Assembly (NCBI GenBank): GCA_008632985.1
Contig: QPGO01000049.1
Location: 248,001-312,000 of the forward strand
DNA length: 64,000 nt
Direction: 5' to 3'
DNA from: Psammoneis japonica
Lineage: Eukaryota
Shown one piece after another: positions 31,735 through 44,389 of the stretch. Each line of letters begins with the position of its first letter. The first letter of the stretch is position 1. A model generated the notes under the pieces. It saw nothing but the letters and a program-made list of their open reading frames with translations, ran no database searches and was not told the origin of the DNA. A program made the position numbers and the translations under genes.

Positions 31735-32734
31735 TTCCGTCTTGCTTGGTCTCCGGGATCATTCACACCCAAGACCAAAATTTTGAATTTTTGCCCCTGT
31801 GGTCCAGCACGACAAATCTCATTGCTTTCATCATCTTTGACCCACGTGCGTGCCCCTGCAACACATGCATGATTGTCTGCATTGTCTGTGCTCGTCGTGC
31901 TCTCCTCATGATGTGTGAGTGCACTGGCAAAGGTCTGTGTGCCTTCTGCACATTTTTCTTTTTGTTTGCAAGGTTGTGCAGCCATTGATGATGGGTGGGT
32001 GAGATCCCCCAGCACTGCGTTGCCCAGCTGGCACTCTCTGGTGGCAAGAGGAACAGGAGGGGAGATGGTGTGCAGCCGCTGTTTTCAAGATGAAAGAGCT
32101 GTGGAAATGGCAAGAAGAGCAGCGCGGCTGCTGCACAAGCGTCAAATCCTGCATCCTCAGAGAGTGCACATGGTGGCACAGCCCCACGTGCCAATCCTCA
32201 GCCCCCCAGCTGCCAAGCTTGTGATTTGGCAAAGGCCTCATTTCAGGTGTCAACAGGAGGGCCCAATGTCGGGGCTGTGTGTTTTTGTGAAGTCAGCCTC
32301 TCTTTGGCCAGCAACTGGGTCACAGCAGTCCTCAACGTCATTGCAACAAAGAAGTGCCATTGTCCCGATTCAACGGGGGTGGTCACACAATGCACAAGGC
32401 AAAGCATCCAACTCCCCCACCAGATGCACTTCCTCTTGACCAAGCGACCACACGAACAAATCGCAGAGATCCAATTGGGCAACTCTTGGATGGGGAAAGG
32501 GGACAGACCGCCAAGGTGCATTTCCGGGCTAGTACTTGGTCGCAGACACCGTTTTTCTTTGTGCGTGTTGACCTTCCGACAGCCGACAGCTGCTTCATTT
32601 CAAACCTTCTCATAATCGCATAGAGAGTACAGTAGAGATCTTGCATTTCTTCGATCGATCGTCATCATAACGGACATACCGTAACCCCTCCCTTCCTTGT
32701 TATTAAGACTGATATAGATTGAAGTTCATAGACC

Positions 32735-34354
32735 ATGAGATCCTTTGGAACAACTGTGCTAGCTATTGTCTTTGCCGTGAAGCCGTCGGCTAGCTTCACT
32801 TTCCCAATGTTTGCTCAATGCCGGGTCCGTGCACAAGTCCGAGGTGTATCCGAATCTTCCATGACCCGCAGAAATGACGTCTCTGACCTAGACACGCAAG
32901 AGGAAAACATAATGACGATTGCCTCACGTTACGATCCTTCTGATGCATTCAATGGGAAGTCACCCTACCACTCTGACCTTATGATTCGTTTGTCGAATAC
33001 TGAGACACTTCCGGAAGAGCTCGACATTGTCAGCGGCTTAGGGGTTGAAGAACCTGAAGAGGAGTCTGTTGACGACATTGTCAGAGATCTTGATGGACAG
33101 CCACTCTCGACAGAGTACTTGGCACAAAAGATGGGTGTCACGAATGTCAAATCATATACTTGCCCAGAAAAAGACGCTTTTCGCGGCTTCATGTCCAACG
33201 CCTGTCGAGTCCGTCTCGTTCCAGGCGGAGAAACCGCGTTTTACAAACGAATCGTCTTTGCACATCTTGATCATGCTCAAGAGAAACTAAAGACTGCTCC
33301 TCACAAACTGATACGTGATGCCCAGTCATACCAAGTGGTTGCTTCCTTCTTGCAATCAAGGGCTTGTCAGAAAATGATGGACAAGACCGGTGTTCTCATA
33401 CCCAAATGTTATGATGCAAAGCTCGAGCCTGATTTTAAACACCCAATGGAATCGAAATTCAGCTTTCTCCTCCAAGACTTTTCACCATCGAATGGCTGGT
33501 ATCAACAATGGCTGTTGCACGATCCCGAAGAATGCAAGGCAGCCTTGTCGGCATTTGCAAAGATCCATGCATACTTTTGGAACGGATCCTCGTTCTGGAA
33601 TGACGCAGATGCCGCCAGAGAGTTGGAAGCGGGAGTGTGGGAATCAGGTAGCTACGTCCAACCAGAAGCTCAAAATTGGAACCAATGCAAGATTGTTGCC
33701 CAAGAATGGGCGAAAAAGAAACTGAAATTCGAGAAAGAGCTCTCATGTTTTGACTACTGGGACAATTTGGGAGGGCGGCTGGAATCGGTCGCAGAAGAAT
33801 GCGGCCGCCTCGTTCATCCTTTTGCCGACGATGCCTTGTCCGAACAATACAAAAAGTATCGTACATTTACACACGGAGATCCGAAACAAGCCAACTTGCT
33901 TTTCCGTCGTTCGACCGAGACCTCCGATCTACAAGTTGGACTGATTGACTTTCAATGGTCGGGATTTGGCCTGGCGGCTTCTGACATTGCACACTTTTTA
34001 ACATCTGCCGTTCATGCTGACAGGTTAGTAAACGGCGGCGAAGATGCTCTTCTGCGGTATTACTTTGACGAACTTCAAAAGTATCTCGTCGAATATGGAG
34101 CATGCAGCACTGCAGAAGATGCCGTCCAGCACTTCAGCTACGATACATTTATTGATCAATATGAGAGGGGGGTGCTTGACATTTGTCGCCTGATGATAGC
34201 GTACACGTGGTCTAGATTTGAGATGCACGTGGAGAAAGATGACGAAGCAGGGTGTGCTCGAACGATGAACAAGACTTCCTACAACAAGTCGATACCTGTT
34301 ATTGTCTGGTTGTTGGGTCGTTGTGATGAAATAATGAAATCCCGAGGAGTTTAA
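32735..34354 (+). CDS. Ecdysteroid-kinase-like / APH-choline kinase family protein with N-terminal targeting peptide
   Basis: THGDPKQANL and LIDFQW motifs; signal peptide ending SAS-F, similar to the diatom ASAFAP plastid motif. Confidence 0.85.
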   Translation: MRSFGTTVLAIVFAVKPSASFTFPMFAQCRVRAQVRGVSESSMTRRNDVSDLDTQEENIMTIASRYDPSDAFNGKSPYHSDLMIRLSNTETLPEELDIVSGLGVEEPEEESVDDIVRDLDGQPLSTEYLAQKMGVTNVKSYTCPEKDAFRGFMSNACRVRLVPGGETAFYKRIVFAHLDHAQEKLKTAPHKLIRDAQSYQVVASFLQSRACQKMMDKTGVLIPKCYDAKLEPDFKHPMESKFSFLLQDFSPSNGWYQQWLLHDPEECKAALSAFAKIHAYFWNGSSFWNDADAARELEAGVWESGSYVQPEAQNWNQCKIVAQEWAKKKLKFEKELSCFDYWDNLGGRLESVAEECGRLVHPFADDALSEQYKKYRTFTHGDPKQANLLFRRSTETSDLQVGLIDFQWSGFGLAASDIAHFLTSAVHADRLVNGGEDALLRYYFDELQKYLVEYGACSTAEDAVQHFSYDTFIDQYERGVLDICRLMIAYTWSRFEMHVEKDDEAGCARTMNKTSYNKSIPVIVWLLGRCDEIMKSRGV

Positions 34355-34822
34355 AGTCATGGCAGGCTGTGTCCAAGATAATCATCATCATGACACTACT
34401 TCCTCGCCTTCTGCTTCTAAGCCAGGTGTTTGCTACTGTACAGAGATGAGGTCTCGTAATTTTTTTCATCGTAGTAGTCTTGCAGGACCACACTCTCAAA
34501 TTGAAAATGCTCATCACGAAATCCAACACCGTTTTCTTGCCGGAAGGCTGGACGGACCGAAGGGGTGATTTGCAACGCGCGGCTTGCGCGTGGCGTGGTG
34601 CGTAGATTTTGCCGTCTGCCCTTCGGTCGTGTTGATTCCGCTCGCGTACGATGCTCGCGCGACAACCACATGCTTTGTCGCTCTCTTTTCGAGAAAAAAA
34701 CGACAGACGACACAACACACAAAACGAAACGAATCTCAACCTCTTCGTTGCTTATACCATAAGAAGTGGCAGTTGTAGTTCATCTTGTACATCTCATATA
34801 AGTTCCTACCAGTAGTCGAAAA

Positions 34823-36118
34823 ATGGATTTTGCGAGAACCCATCTCCAGGAAGAAGGTATCACGATGCGTTCCAAGATTCGTGTCGTTCCAACAACAACG
34901 ACTGAGAATGACGAGCCTCCGTCGCTCGATGATATGGTTGTGCAAGCCGCCAACAAGGCTGCCACCGACTTGTTCCTAGGTTCCAATCCAGACGCAGATG
35001 TGAGACTTGCAGACTCGATGCTTTATCCAGAACACGTGTTGCCCACATCCTTGACGATTGAAGCGGGTGCGCTGGTTGTGATTTTTGAAAGCTTTGACAA
35101 TCTCAATTTTGTTTACGCGACACCCAAGGCCATGTTTAGCAACCGCAACGGTCATTTTGCACACGATGATTTTATTGGAAAACCGTTTGGCTGCAAAATT
35201 CGCAGTCGCAACCATGGAGGTCTGGGTTTTGTGTATTTGCTACGACCGACGCCGGAATTGTGGAAAAGGAGTCTCAAGCACAGAACGCAAATTGTGCACG
35301 AGTTGGACGCAAGTATGATTGTCTTTAAACTTGAATTGCGTCCAAATATGGTGGTTTGTGAGAGTGGAACGGGCAGCGGAGCCATGAGTCATTCCATACT
35401 CAGAACGATTGCACCAAAGGGGCGGCTTCATACGTTTGAATTTAACAAAATGAGAGCTGATCATGCGCGTGAAGAATTTGAAAAGAACAAGGTGGATCAT
35501 TTAGTGACGGTACATCATCAAGATGTTTGTGGAAAGTCTGGTGCACCGGGTGGATTTGGCTTGGGCGGTCAAGTGGCGGATGCCGTGTTTTTGGATTTGC
35601 CCGAGCCGTGGTTTGCTGTTCCTCACGCGGCGTTTACTCTCAAACCCGGCGGGAAAATCGCGTCCTACTCACCCTGTGTAGAGCAGTCGCAACGAGCTAT
35701 TGAAGCCATGAAGAATGCGGGGTTCCATTCCGTGAAAACGATTGAAGTGCGTCTTCGTGAACACTTTGTGGATGAAGTTGAGCTCGAGCCTCCACCGACA
35801 GCCAAAATCAAAAAGACACCTCCGCACGATGCTTCAGCCGCAGACACAAAAGTAGCTGCTACTACGGAGCAGAGTGGTGATGATACCGGTGCAGAAGCAG
35901 ACAACGAGCTTACAGAGGGTGAAACAGAAGATGCGAATGCGGCTGGGAACGAGATCCCAGACGAAGCAAAAAGAAGCGGGGATACGACAGGCACAACGGG
36001 AAAGAGGAAACGAATGCTTTGTACTAGGCCTTTTACAAATATGCGGGGTCATACGGCATTCTTAACCTTTGCCACTGCAGGAAACAAGGCACAGCCAGAC
36101 CCAAACGCCTCAGCATGA
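34823..36118 (+). CDS. TRM61: tRNA (adenine-58-N1)-methyltransferase catalytic subunit
   Basis: PTPELW, HRTQIV, ESGTGSG, AVFLDLPEPW, SYSPCVEQ and GHTAFL motifs. Confidence 0.95.
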   Translation: MDFARTHLQEEGITMRSKIRVVPTTTTENDEPPSLDDMVVQAANKAATDLFLGSNPDADVRLADSMLYPEHVLPTSLTIEAGALVVIFESFDNLNFVYATPKAMFSNRNGHFAHDDFIGKPFGCKIRSRNHGGLGFVYLLRPTPELWKRSLKHRTQIVHELDASMIVFKLELRPNMVVCESGTGSGAMSHSILRTIAPKGRLHTFEFNKMRADHAREEFEKNKVDHLVTVHHQDVCGKSGAPGGFGLGGQVADAVFLDLPEPWFAVPHAAFTLKPGGKIASYSPCVEQSQRAIEAMKNAGFHSVKTIEVRLREHFVDEVELEPPPTAKIKKTPPHDASAADTKVAATTEQSGDDTGAEADNELTEGETEDANAAGNEIPDEAKRSGDTTGTTGKRKRMLCTRPFTNMRGHTAFLTFATAGNKAQPDPNASA

Positions 36119-36369
36119 CTTTACTCTCGATCTCAAGAAATGAAATATGAATAGAACGATTAGAAAACAGTTTGAAATTTTGTATTTATGGGTTGGCTAT
36201 TTTTCGTATTGAACAGGATGATTCTCGAAATTAAGACACGAATAAAAAACGCGACTCCAAACTCTCCGATCTATTGTTGGTTGCAACTTGGCAACGCAGA
36301 AAACACTGCCATCGACGTGATTATTAACAATACAGTGTCATCGGTCTTCAATCTTTTGTGTATTATAAA

Positions 36370-38508
36370 ATGCTGATGCTTTCCTTATCTTCTGTTGCAG
36401 TTCTTTTTCTTCTGGTGGTTCAACAGTCTCATGCTGCAGATTCATTTCAACAAGGCGATTCCGTCCAACTCAAGGCGAACGCGCTCACTTCCATTCACAC
36501 ACAGCTTCCTCGAGAGTATTACAGTCTTGCAGTTTGTCAACAAACACAGGGAATCACAATGGATAGTCAAAGTTTAGGTGAATTTCTACAAGGTGATAGA
36601 GTCCAAAGCACGCCGTATCAAATATCAATGTTGAAAGATTCATACTGCGTTAAGCTTTGCCAACGGACTTTGAGCAATCACGAAGCCGAAACAATGAGCT
36701 ATTTTATAAAGAACGGATATCACGACAACTGGCTCCTCGATGACCTACCGTCGGCGGGTATGGGTCGCGGGCATTATAATCAACTTGTAAAGCGCTATGC
36801 CGGTGGGTTCCCGCTTGGCTTTGTTGACACTGCGTCCAAGAGACCATATGTTTACAACCACGTCAACATTCACGTGGATTATCACACACATACAAATGGA
36901 GAATACAGCATTGTTGGTTTTGCGGTGGAACCCCTCAGTGTCCGGCATCGCTTTGCGGAAGGAAATTTTGACTGGGATGGTATCTCCCTGGACGGCCTTG
37001 CCAAGCAGTTGGCCACCTGTGCAACCGAAACTCTCATTCGACGAGAGGATATTGCGCAGAACCAAGTTGTGGCTTCTGGTGCAAAGATTCTCTACACGTA
37101 CAGTGTCGTGTGGCATGAGAGCGAAGTGCCCTATACTAGTCGATGGGATATTTACCTGTCTGAGGACCACCTTGTGCCTGCTCAGGTGCATTGGTATAGC
37201 ATTACCAACAGTGCCTTGATTGCACTACTTTTGGGAGTGGTGATTGCGGTAGTAATACTTCGCAATGTCCGGAACGATTTGGGTGATCCGGATTGTACCG
37301 ATGAATCGAGGAGAGCTCAAGAGATGGAAGAAAAGGGGTGGAAACTAGTTCATGTTGAAGCCATTCGACCACCACAGTTTGCCCCGCACCTATTGGTAGC
37401 GTGCTGTGGCACGGGAGCGCAACTCATATCTACAGTTTTAGCGGTTGTGTTTTTTGCAATGCTGGGTCTTTTGAGTCCGGCAAACCGGGGCCAATTACCA
37501 TTTTCTATACTGATTGCGTTTGTCCTGTCGGGCTTTGTGAATGGATACGTCACTACGCGGCTCAACAGAACTTTCGCAAGAGAGGAGTGGTGGTCTGCCT
37601 TGCGACTGTCAATGTGGGGCTTTCCTTCCATCACCTTCGCCTTCTTTCTAGCGAAGCAAGTTCTTTTTTGGGTAGCATCGTCAACTGGTGCTGTTCCGCT
37701 GACTACCCTGTTTGTTTTGGCTGCGCTGTTGCCGGTTTCTGCGGGCTTGACTTACTTGGGTGGCCTCGTTGGATGCAACCAAGAACCTATTTTGCTTCCC
37801 GAGAGACCAAAAACAGTAATTGTTGGCAATATATTGAACCGGCACAAGCTGTCTAGAATGAGCAAGCTGTCTTGGTTGTGCGTTGTGGTTGTCTTACTAC
37901 TATTCAACGTTGTGACGATCGCCCTGGCCTTGCTCTGGCTGCTGCGACGATGTCTTGTCAAGCGCAGCTGCTGGTCTCCTTGCTGTAGCGGGGTCTTTAT
38001 GCTCCTGATTGGAGGTGCCTTCACCTTTGGGTGCATCTATGTCGAGTTGTTTTTCTTGATGACAAATGTCTGGATGGGACAATATTACTCTGTGTTTGGA
38101 TTTCTCTTTTTCATTGTCTGCATTTTGACATTGACTTGTGCTGGAGTGTCGATCGTTTTCAACTACTCGCTACTGTATACAGATGAGTACCACAGTTGGT
38201 GGTGGCAGTTTTTCTCCGCTGGTACAATATCAATCTGGTTCTTCTTCTGGACAATCATGTTCTTCAAGAGGCTGGAGGCGACGAGTTTGTTGACTCCTGT
38301 CTTGTACTTTGGATTCGTGGCATGGGCGACTCTGGCTCTATTGTTGACGACAGGCTTTATAGGGGTATTGGCCTCTCTTTGGTTTGTCAGAACTATCTTT
38401 TCCGTTGCAGAGTCAGCGGAATCGACCCGTCCGCTGGTGTCCGGTCAAGATCAAACTAAGATGGAATACGTCAAAATGGAAGATGATCAAGAAATACAAG
38501 TGGTCTAA
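36370..38508 (+). CDS. TM9SF: Transmembrane 9 superfamily (EMP70/nonaspanin) protein
   Basis: Signal peptide, LGEFLQGDR, NWLLDDLP, SRWDIYL, QVHWYSITNS, GWKLVH, GTGAQL, PANRG, YVELFF, EYHSWWWQFF. Confidence 0.93.
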   Translation: MLMLSLSSVAVLFLLVVQQSHAADSFQQGDSVQLKANALTSIHTQLPREYYSLAVCQQTQGITMDSQSLGEFLQGDRVQSTPYQISMLKDSYCVKLCQRTLSNHEAETMSYFIKNGYHDNWLLDDLPSAGMGRGHYNQLVKRYAGGFPLGFVDTASKRPYVYNHVNIHVDYHTHTNGEYSIVGFAVEPLSVRHRFAEGNFDWDGISLDGLAKQLATCATETLIRREDIAQNQVVASGAKILYTYSVVWHESEVPYTSRWDIYLSEDHLVPAQVHWYSITNSALIALLLGVVIAVVILRNVRNDLGDPDCTDESRRAQEMEEKGWKLVHVEAIRPPQFAPHLLVACCGTGAQLISTVLAVVFFAMLGLLSPANRGQLPFSILIAFVLSGFVNGYVTTRLNRTFAREEWWSALRLSMWGFPSITFAFFLAKQVLFWVASSTGAVPLTTLFVLAALLPVSAGLTYLGGLVGCNQEPILLPERPKTVIVGNILNRHKLSRMSKLSWLCVVVVLLLFNVVTIALALLWLLRRCLVKRSCWSPCCSGVFMLLIGGAFTFGCIYVELFFLMTNVWMGQYYSVFGFLFFIVCILTLTCAGVSIVFNYSLLYTDEYHSWWWQFFSAGTISIWFFFWTIMFFKRLEATSLLTPVLYFGFVAWATLALLLTTGFIGVLASLWFVRTIFSVAESAESTRPLVSGQDQTKMEYVKMEDDQEIQVV

Positions 38509-38789
38509 CCAACTGGTAAAGTGATTGCCATAAGCTCATTTCTGCATCCTTTTGAGACACTCCGGCACGCCGACAAACACATAATCGACCACTAGCAATC
38601 GCAAAACCTCGTCGGAACAGAGTGGAGAACAACAGATCTTGTGGACTTGTCAACGTCTCGTCGGACCAAAGTGGTTTCTTGGTTGGGCAGGATTTGGACG
38701 CAATGATTTCGTCGTGGTATCAGAGAATCTCTGACACATTAGGAGGTTGCGCTGAGTAGAAGCATTTCTTGTGCCGTCTAAACTCATGA

Positions 38790-39200
38790 AAGTCGGCGCG
38801 TCGCCGACCGAGTTAGATACGCGAATTGTCTGTAGCATGTTGCACCATGACTTTTGGCGGTGGATGCAGTCCCAGGCTACCATATTTGGGGAAATATGTA
38901 GTAAAAATCGATAGGTATTGTATCTGTATTTCTCCCTCTCAGCGTGACCGAAATATACCATCTCTTCAAATTGTCATTGTCAGTAGAACAAAGAACGCAG
39001 AAAACCGCCTTGTGAGCGTTCCGAAAGCCTCGTTTGGAGTATTTAACTATTCCCAAATTCGTCCTACATTCCTCATAAACACCATTGACACAAGTCAAGC
39101 CGGCTTCTTGCACAACCACTCTTCTTGTAACCAACTTTCTTTCTTTGCCATGGTCATCCTCGACTTGCACTGACACCTGACAAGTCTTCTTGTCGCATTG
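38790..39200 (-). pseudogene. Fragment of a diatom-type domain (VVVQEAG..VNGVY...KYSKRG...WYISV...IDFYY), truncated or frameshifted
   Basis: Protein-like motif string in ORF 38877-39227; GLHPPPKV continues in another frame; upstream runs into degenerate DNA. Confidence 0.4.
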
Positions 39201-41409
39201 GATTTGCTTCCGCTGCCACGCCTTCAATCCTTTGGAAAAGCTCGCTCCTTCTCACAACTCTCTCTCCCTGGCTTTGTGCCTCTTCAAAGTCCATTCAACA
39301 TGGAAGGAGAATCGGTTTATTTCGTGCCTGCTTAAGAAGATGCGCGCAGCTCCCAACAACCTTCGAACTGAAGCTGTTGCGACTCTTCTCTTCTTGGCAA
39401 CCACCGCACGAGGTTTTCCAATTCTTGGATCCAATCTGCAGTCGTGATGAGTGTCAGTTTTGTGGAACAAAAAGGACCAGGTTTGGAGGCAGCTGGCCAT
39501 TTGCTCTGGCCATTCTTGCCATTGCTGTTGTTGCACTGATCAAGGCTGAGCCAGATGTGAACAAAGTCAGGAAAAGGCAGTGAAGCTTAAGAGACTACAA
39601 ATTGGATGCCCTGCCAAGCTTTGTGATCATGCCATGCTCCTTGGTGATTGCAGTGGGTGCAACATGTGTCTTTGACTGCAGACAACTTCAACTCATGGGA
39701 TTTTGCTTGATTTTGAGTGCCCTTCATGTGTGGTTGCTGTCTGCCTTGCCAATTTTCTGTCAAGTTGATTTTCCTCATGACATCCATTGGCATGTGCATT
39801 GTGACGGTGCATGACACAACATTTGAAACATCCACAAAACTGGGATTTTACATTGATGACAATGACCCCATGGCAAGTGCAATTGCCAAGAAGTGGCCAG
39901 TGGCAAATTGACTGCATTCATCGCCTGCACCTTGGGTGGCAAACAGAGACACTCAAACAGGTCTTTCCTGATGTTTGAATGGAGTCCCAACTCAGCCATG
40001 TGTGCAAAAGTGAGCAGTTTTTCTTTGTTTGTGACTTTCTCAAGTTTGTGGAAGGAAAGATTTGCTCACTTCAGGACTTTGCTGTGACTTTCCCATTGCT
40101 TGTTTGAAGGTGAGTTTTGCAAGTGCTCCACATCATGTCAAAGATGTGAATTGACTCATTTTGGTTTTTTCTGGATGGGTTTCTGTGCCAAGGTGATGTG
40201 GGAAAATGCCAGCAAGGTCATGCAAAACAAGGTGCATGACACCATCTATGAAGAGGTTTGCAGCATTGTCATCAAGATCACTGACGACTTCAGTGAAAAC
40301 ATCAACATGAGGCATCCTTGATCTTGAGCAGGTCATGCTTTTGATGCTGTCATCAAGAATTGTGCAATCACAAGCATGATGTTTCTCAAGGTTGCCAGAG
40401 CTGAGTTTGCACTCATCAAGTGCTCGGGCATGTAACTTGGCTTCCTCTTCAGCATCATCCAGAAGATGGTCACATGGGTGCTCCACCCCACGCAGTGGGT
40501 TTTGACCTTCTTTGGCTTCCTCATTGGCCACATGACCAACTGGATTGAGATCAAGCTCATTTTCAACACATGCAAGCCACAGTGAAGCTCTCCCCCATCA
40601 TCCAGGGCCTCTTCTTCAAGTGCCAGGTTGCTCGTTCCAGCAGCAGGCGGGAATCCGTGTGACATTGGCCCACAGAAATCTGTGTGCAAGCTCCACAGCA
40701 AAAACAATCACCAGGTGATGAATGTGTCAATGACTGCCAACTGCCAACAGAAAAAGAGGCAATTTTGCCATTGCACAAACTCATTCATGATTGAAGCACA
40801 CCATTGCTCACTCAGCCAGGTGCATTTTTTGACATTGAAGAATGTGTCAGGCACATTGTTGTTCCCATGAATTTGTCAAGCAAAACATCTGGGGCTTCAC
40901 AAAACAGCGAGTCTAGAACCATTCTGTGGGAGATGCAGAATTGCACATGGAGAAAAAATGCAACAGATGACAAGCTCATCAAGCCATCATTGCCATGCAC
41001 TTCAGCATGCTGATGGCCAGCAAGGTGCTCAACTCTGACAACATTGTGAAGATGGCAAGTGAAGGCAAGACAAGCAAGCACTTGATCAACATCATGATCA
41101 AGAAGAAGTTCTGTGGCATGGTCTTGCAGAAGATCCACAAAGAAGGCAGCCTTCTCCATGCGGGACAAGCTCCACTTGCACATGCAGGCCCTTGATGCAG
41201 AGTCATTTGAGGGCATCCTTTGTCTGGCATTCCAGGAGGACAATGCATCTTTTGTGCAAATTGTGGAAAAGAACATCTTTGCACCAAACACCTCCTTTTT
41301 GTGTTTTGTGTCATGGGCCATCATTTTTTCAAAAGATTCATGTTGTTTGAGCAGCACTTCCTTCCAAAAAAACAAAATGAGGGCAAGATTTTAACCCTGC
41401 CTGATGGAA

Positions 41410-41650
41410 CACTGGTGTCTGGTCAAAATCCAACTGGGGTTGTGGAGCACACAAAAATGGAGGATGGCCAAGAAGTGCAAGTGGCTCAGCCACTGGCTGA
41501 GTGGTCAAGTGGCGCCACCATTTCTGACTTCTTGTTTTGAGACACACCAGACTCTCCAGCAGCACAACAACAAACACACAACAAACTGTCCCAGCAATGG
41601 CAATCTTGTCAGAGCCTGCAGCGGTGCTGGACAACAAATGCTGTGGTGCT
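41410..41650 (+). pseudogene. Third, short copy of the TM9SF 3' end and downstream DNA
   Basis: LVSGQNPTGVVEHTKMEDGQEVQV versus LVSGQDQTKMEYVKMEDDQEIQV; the 3' flank also aligns with 38510-38650. Confidence 0.75.
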
Positions 41651-42536
41651 GAAGATTTTGCAGAGGACACTCCACTGTGATTTTTTTGTGTTTGCTTTGT
41701 CTGTTCCAACACTCCTCATGTGCCACCAGATTCTCTTCAGGCACTTTTCTCTTGCTCTCACAGCAGCGCCAATGCGTGCCCACACCAACCCTTGCACACA
41801 TGTTCAAGGCCATTGTTCCACCCACCGCCACAGCATTGTGGCAGCCGCTGAGTGCGATGGTTGGCAGCACACCGCAAATCCACAGCCAGGTTGGAAGCTG
41901 GTCCTGTCTTGACCCATTTTAAGCCCAGTTTGGGAAAAAAGTGCACCTCTTGCTCTCTTTCTTCCTCCCTCAGCACATGCGCCAATGCTCCGGGCCTGTG
42001 GTGACACAGGATTTGCTCGGGACAGAAAACGATGACAGAACAGAAGAAAACGATCTCGGAAAGTTGTTCTCTTCCTTTGAATGATTGAAAATGACCCAGT
42101 CATCTGCCAACACATTTGTTTGACAATCACGGTCCAATTCACGACTGCCGCAGGTTGCACGACCAGTGCAACTAGCTGGTGTGTTGTGCGTGAGTCGTCA
42201 ACGTGTTTGCAAGCCGCCGCAATTACTCGCGCGACGACATGGGTTGCACTGCACTCTGCCACCGGCAGGCAGAGGGGTTTCTTTCCAACAGCATTTCTTT
42301 TCTGTTCTGAAAAGCCTCACCACCTGCTTCATGACACATGAAAGTGATCACAAGCCTTGTGCGAAAGAACTGGGCACAGGGGATGGCAACAACAAAGCGT
42401 TTTTGGAACCAAAAGTTTTGAGAAGATCCGGCACCATTGCCAGCAACAGCGCACGCTCCCAACATGATGATCTTCTTGGGCACAATCCGTTGCAGCCTTT
42501 GTTGACAAGGAAAACTGGTTTCAAAGAAGAGCATGA

Positions 42537-43385
42537 TTGTTCGATGACTCAAGCATGTTTGGGGGGCTTGAGGCAGACACTGACGTGGTTGGCGCTGCCA
42601 GATTTCCTGGCAAAACAACCGCTGTAGCCCAACCCATGTTTGTCAGAACAACGTCAGGGACCACATGCGATGCAACCAATGAATCCGTCATTGCAGAGCA
42701 GCATCGACTGATGACCAAATTCGAAGTCACACCACCTGTCATGCTGCGAACCACTTCAGGAGGAGTCTGCGACTCCACTGACAAGGACACAGTGAAAGAG
42801 CAGGAAGAAATACCAGCCCAAATCCATCTCACAACAAAGTCCATTTCAGAAGACGCAATGGAGGCTAAATGCAAAACTGCACCACTTTCACCACCTCTAC
42901 ATTCGAAAAGAGCTTCGTCTCAGTCAGACTTGTCAGCGGATTCCGAGACACAACTTGAGATTTCTGATGTTGCAAGAGCAAAGAGAGAGAGCGCAGTGAC
43001 AGGTTACACAAAAGAAGGCAAACCTGGAGATGTGAAACTGTCAAAGCAAGTGCACGCTGGAAAGACTGTCCGAATCCGCAAAAGCATCAGCGACAGGGAG
43101 GATGGCATCACTCACCGCAACGATGTTGCTGTTCAGTGCTATGAGTGCTTTGAGTGCTCTCTAGTGTCAGCGGATGCAAAGGTGCTCTGTTGCCCACTGT
43201 GCCACATGCTGTCTCCCATTGACCACAATTTACAGCTTGAGGTGGAGAATGCCAAAGGGGTTTTGTCCACAAGCCCTCGACATGCTTCCTCGCAAGTCGA
43301 TGAAGCCACTGGTGCAATTGTCGCAAAGAAGCTGGCCAAGTACAAGAAGAACATTTCAAGCGTGCGGAACAGTGCCGATTGCTGA
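42537..43385 (+). CDS. Hypothetical protein with C-terminal CxxC...CPxC zinc-ribbon motif, partly TpA-converted; 5' end uncertain
   Basis: 282-aa ORF, VQCYECFECSLVSADAKVLCCPLCHMLSPI; retains more CpG than its flanks. Confidence 0.45.
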   Translation: MFDDSSMFGGLEADTDVVGAARFPGKTTAVAQPMFVRTTSGTTCDATNESVIAEQHRLMTKFEVTPPVMLRTTSGGVCDSTDKDTVKEQEEIPAQIHLTTKSISEDAMEAKCKTAPLSPPLHSKRASSQSDLSADSETQLEISDVARAKRESAVTGYTKEGKPGDVKLSKQVHAGKTVRIRKSISDREDGITHRNDVAVQCYECFECSLVSADAKVLCCPLCHMLSPIDHNLQLEVENAKGVLSTSPRHASSQVDEATGAIVAKKLAKYKKNISSVRNSADC

Positions 43386-44389
43386 TGCCGGTGCTGACAT
43401 GTGTCAAATGACATCTTCAGTCAGTGGGCGACACATCCAGCTCACAGATGTGCTCCACACCGGGTTTTCACTGAGATGGAAGAGCTGTTCCAGAATGGAA
43501 TCGACGTGAAGCAAGCCATCCAACAATTTTGACAATTGGTCAGCAAGTTTTCACATGTGCTGATGTTCTCCTCTTGAGCACTGTTCTTCATGCTGATTTC
43601 ACAATCACAACTTTGGTCCATTCATGTCTGTGAAAGCCAAAAATGTTGCAACTAGAAGGAACATTGTAGAGAATTCCACGTTCAGCCTTCTTTCATCACA
43701 CCCGACGCACTCCCCTCACAGCCGCACTGAAACGTTTTGCCATTCGCAAACACACACCAGAAAGAGGATGAAAAGATCGACACTTTGAGATCTCGAGATT
43801 AGGCTGTGCCATGATCAAACCTTTTCCAGCCAAAATGCCAACATTGCTTGCTGTGTTTTTCTCTGATGAGTGCATCCATGAAAAGAGAGGTGAGAAAAAA
43901 CCCAAAAAATGAATGAAATCTCCTTCCTGTGATTTTTTGCTGTGTTGCTCAGACTCCACTCTCTCGCAAACTTGCGGCTTCAATTTTGGTTCATTCTCAA
44001 CAGATTGAAGAGTGGCAGCAGCAGCAGCAGCAGCAATGGAGGTGGAGGTGATGCTCTCAGAATGTCAGGGAGACTGCCCTGTTGGAATCTCCTGCAGAAG
44101 TGCACGACCTTGCATGCAGCACACAAGCGTTCAGAGATCCTCGTGTGTGAAGAGCACAAATCAAAGAGTTGCCGTGCAAGTGCATGGATGCTGGTTTGTT
44201 TGCACCAGCAGTCATGCTCACCCTGCAGGGATGGTCAGGGAGCTGCTCCTAAAAATTGCACAGCCATTGCCGACTGTTGCCCACCACAAGCTTTTGCAAT
44301 GCCTGACATGCCTTTCAACCCACAACCATGAACAGGGTCAGAGCGTGACGTGCGTGGGTGACAAAACAAGTGCATTTCTGCATTGACAG

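Noticed and set aside
34823..36118. TRM61 as the adenine-modifying enzyme behind the TA changes
   Set aside because: Ordinary tRNA m1A58 methyltransferase with no extra domains; proximity in a eukaryotic genome is not evidence.
39600..41400. Assigning a family to the degenerate coding-like DNA here and at 48.4-50.7 kb
   Set aside because: No motif recognised with confidence; needs translated searches after TA/CG reversion.
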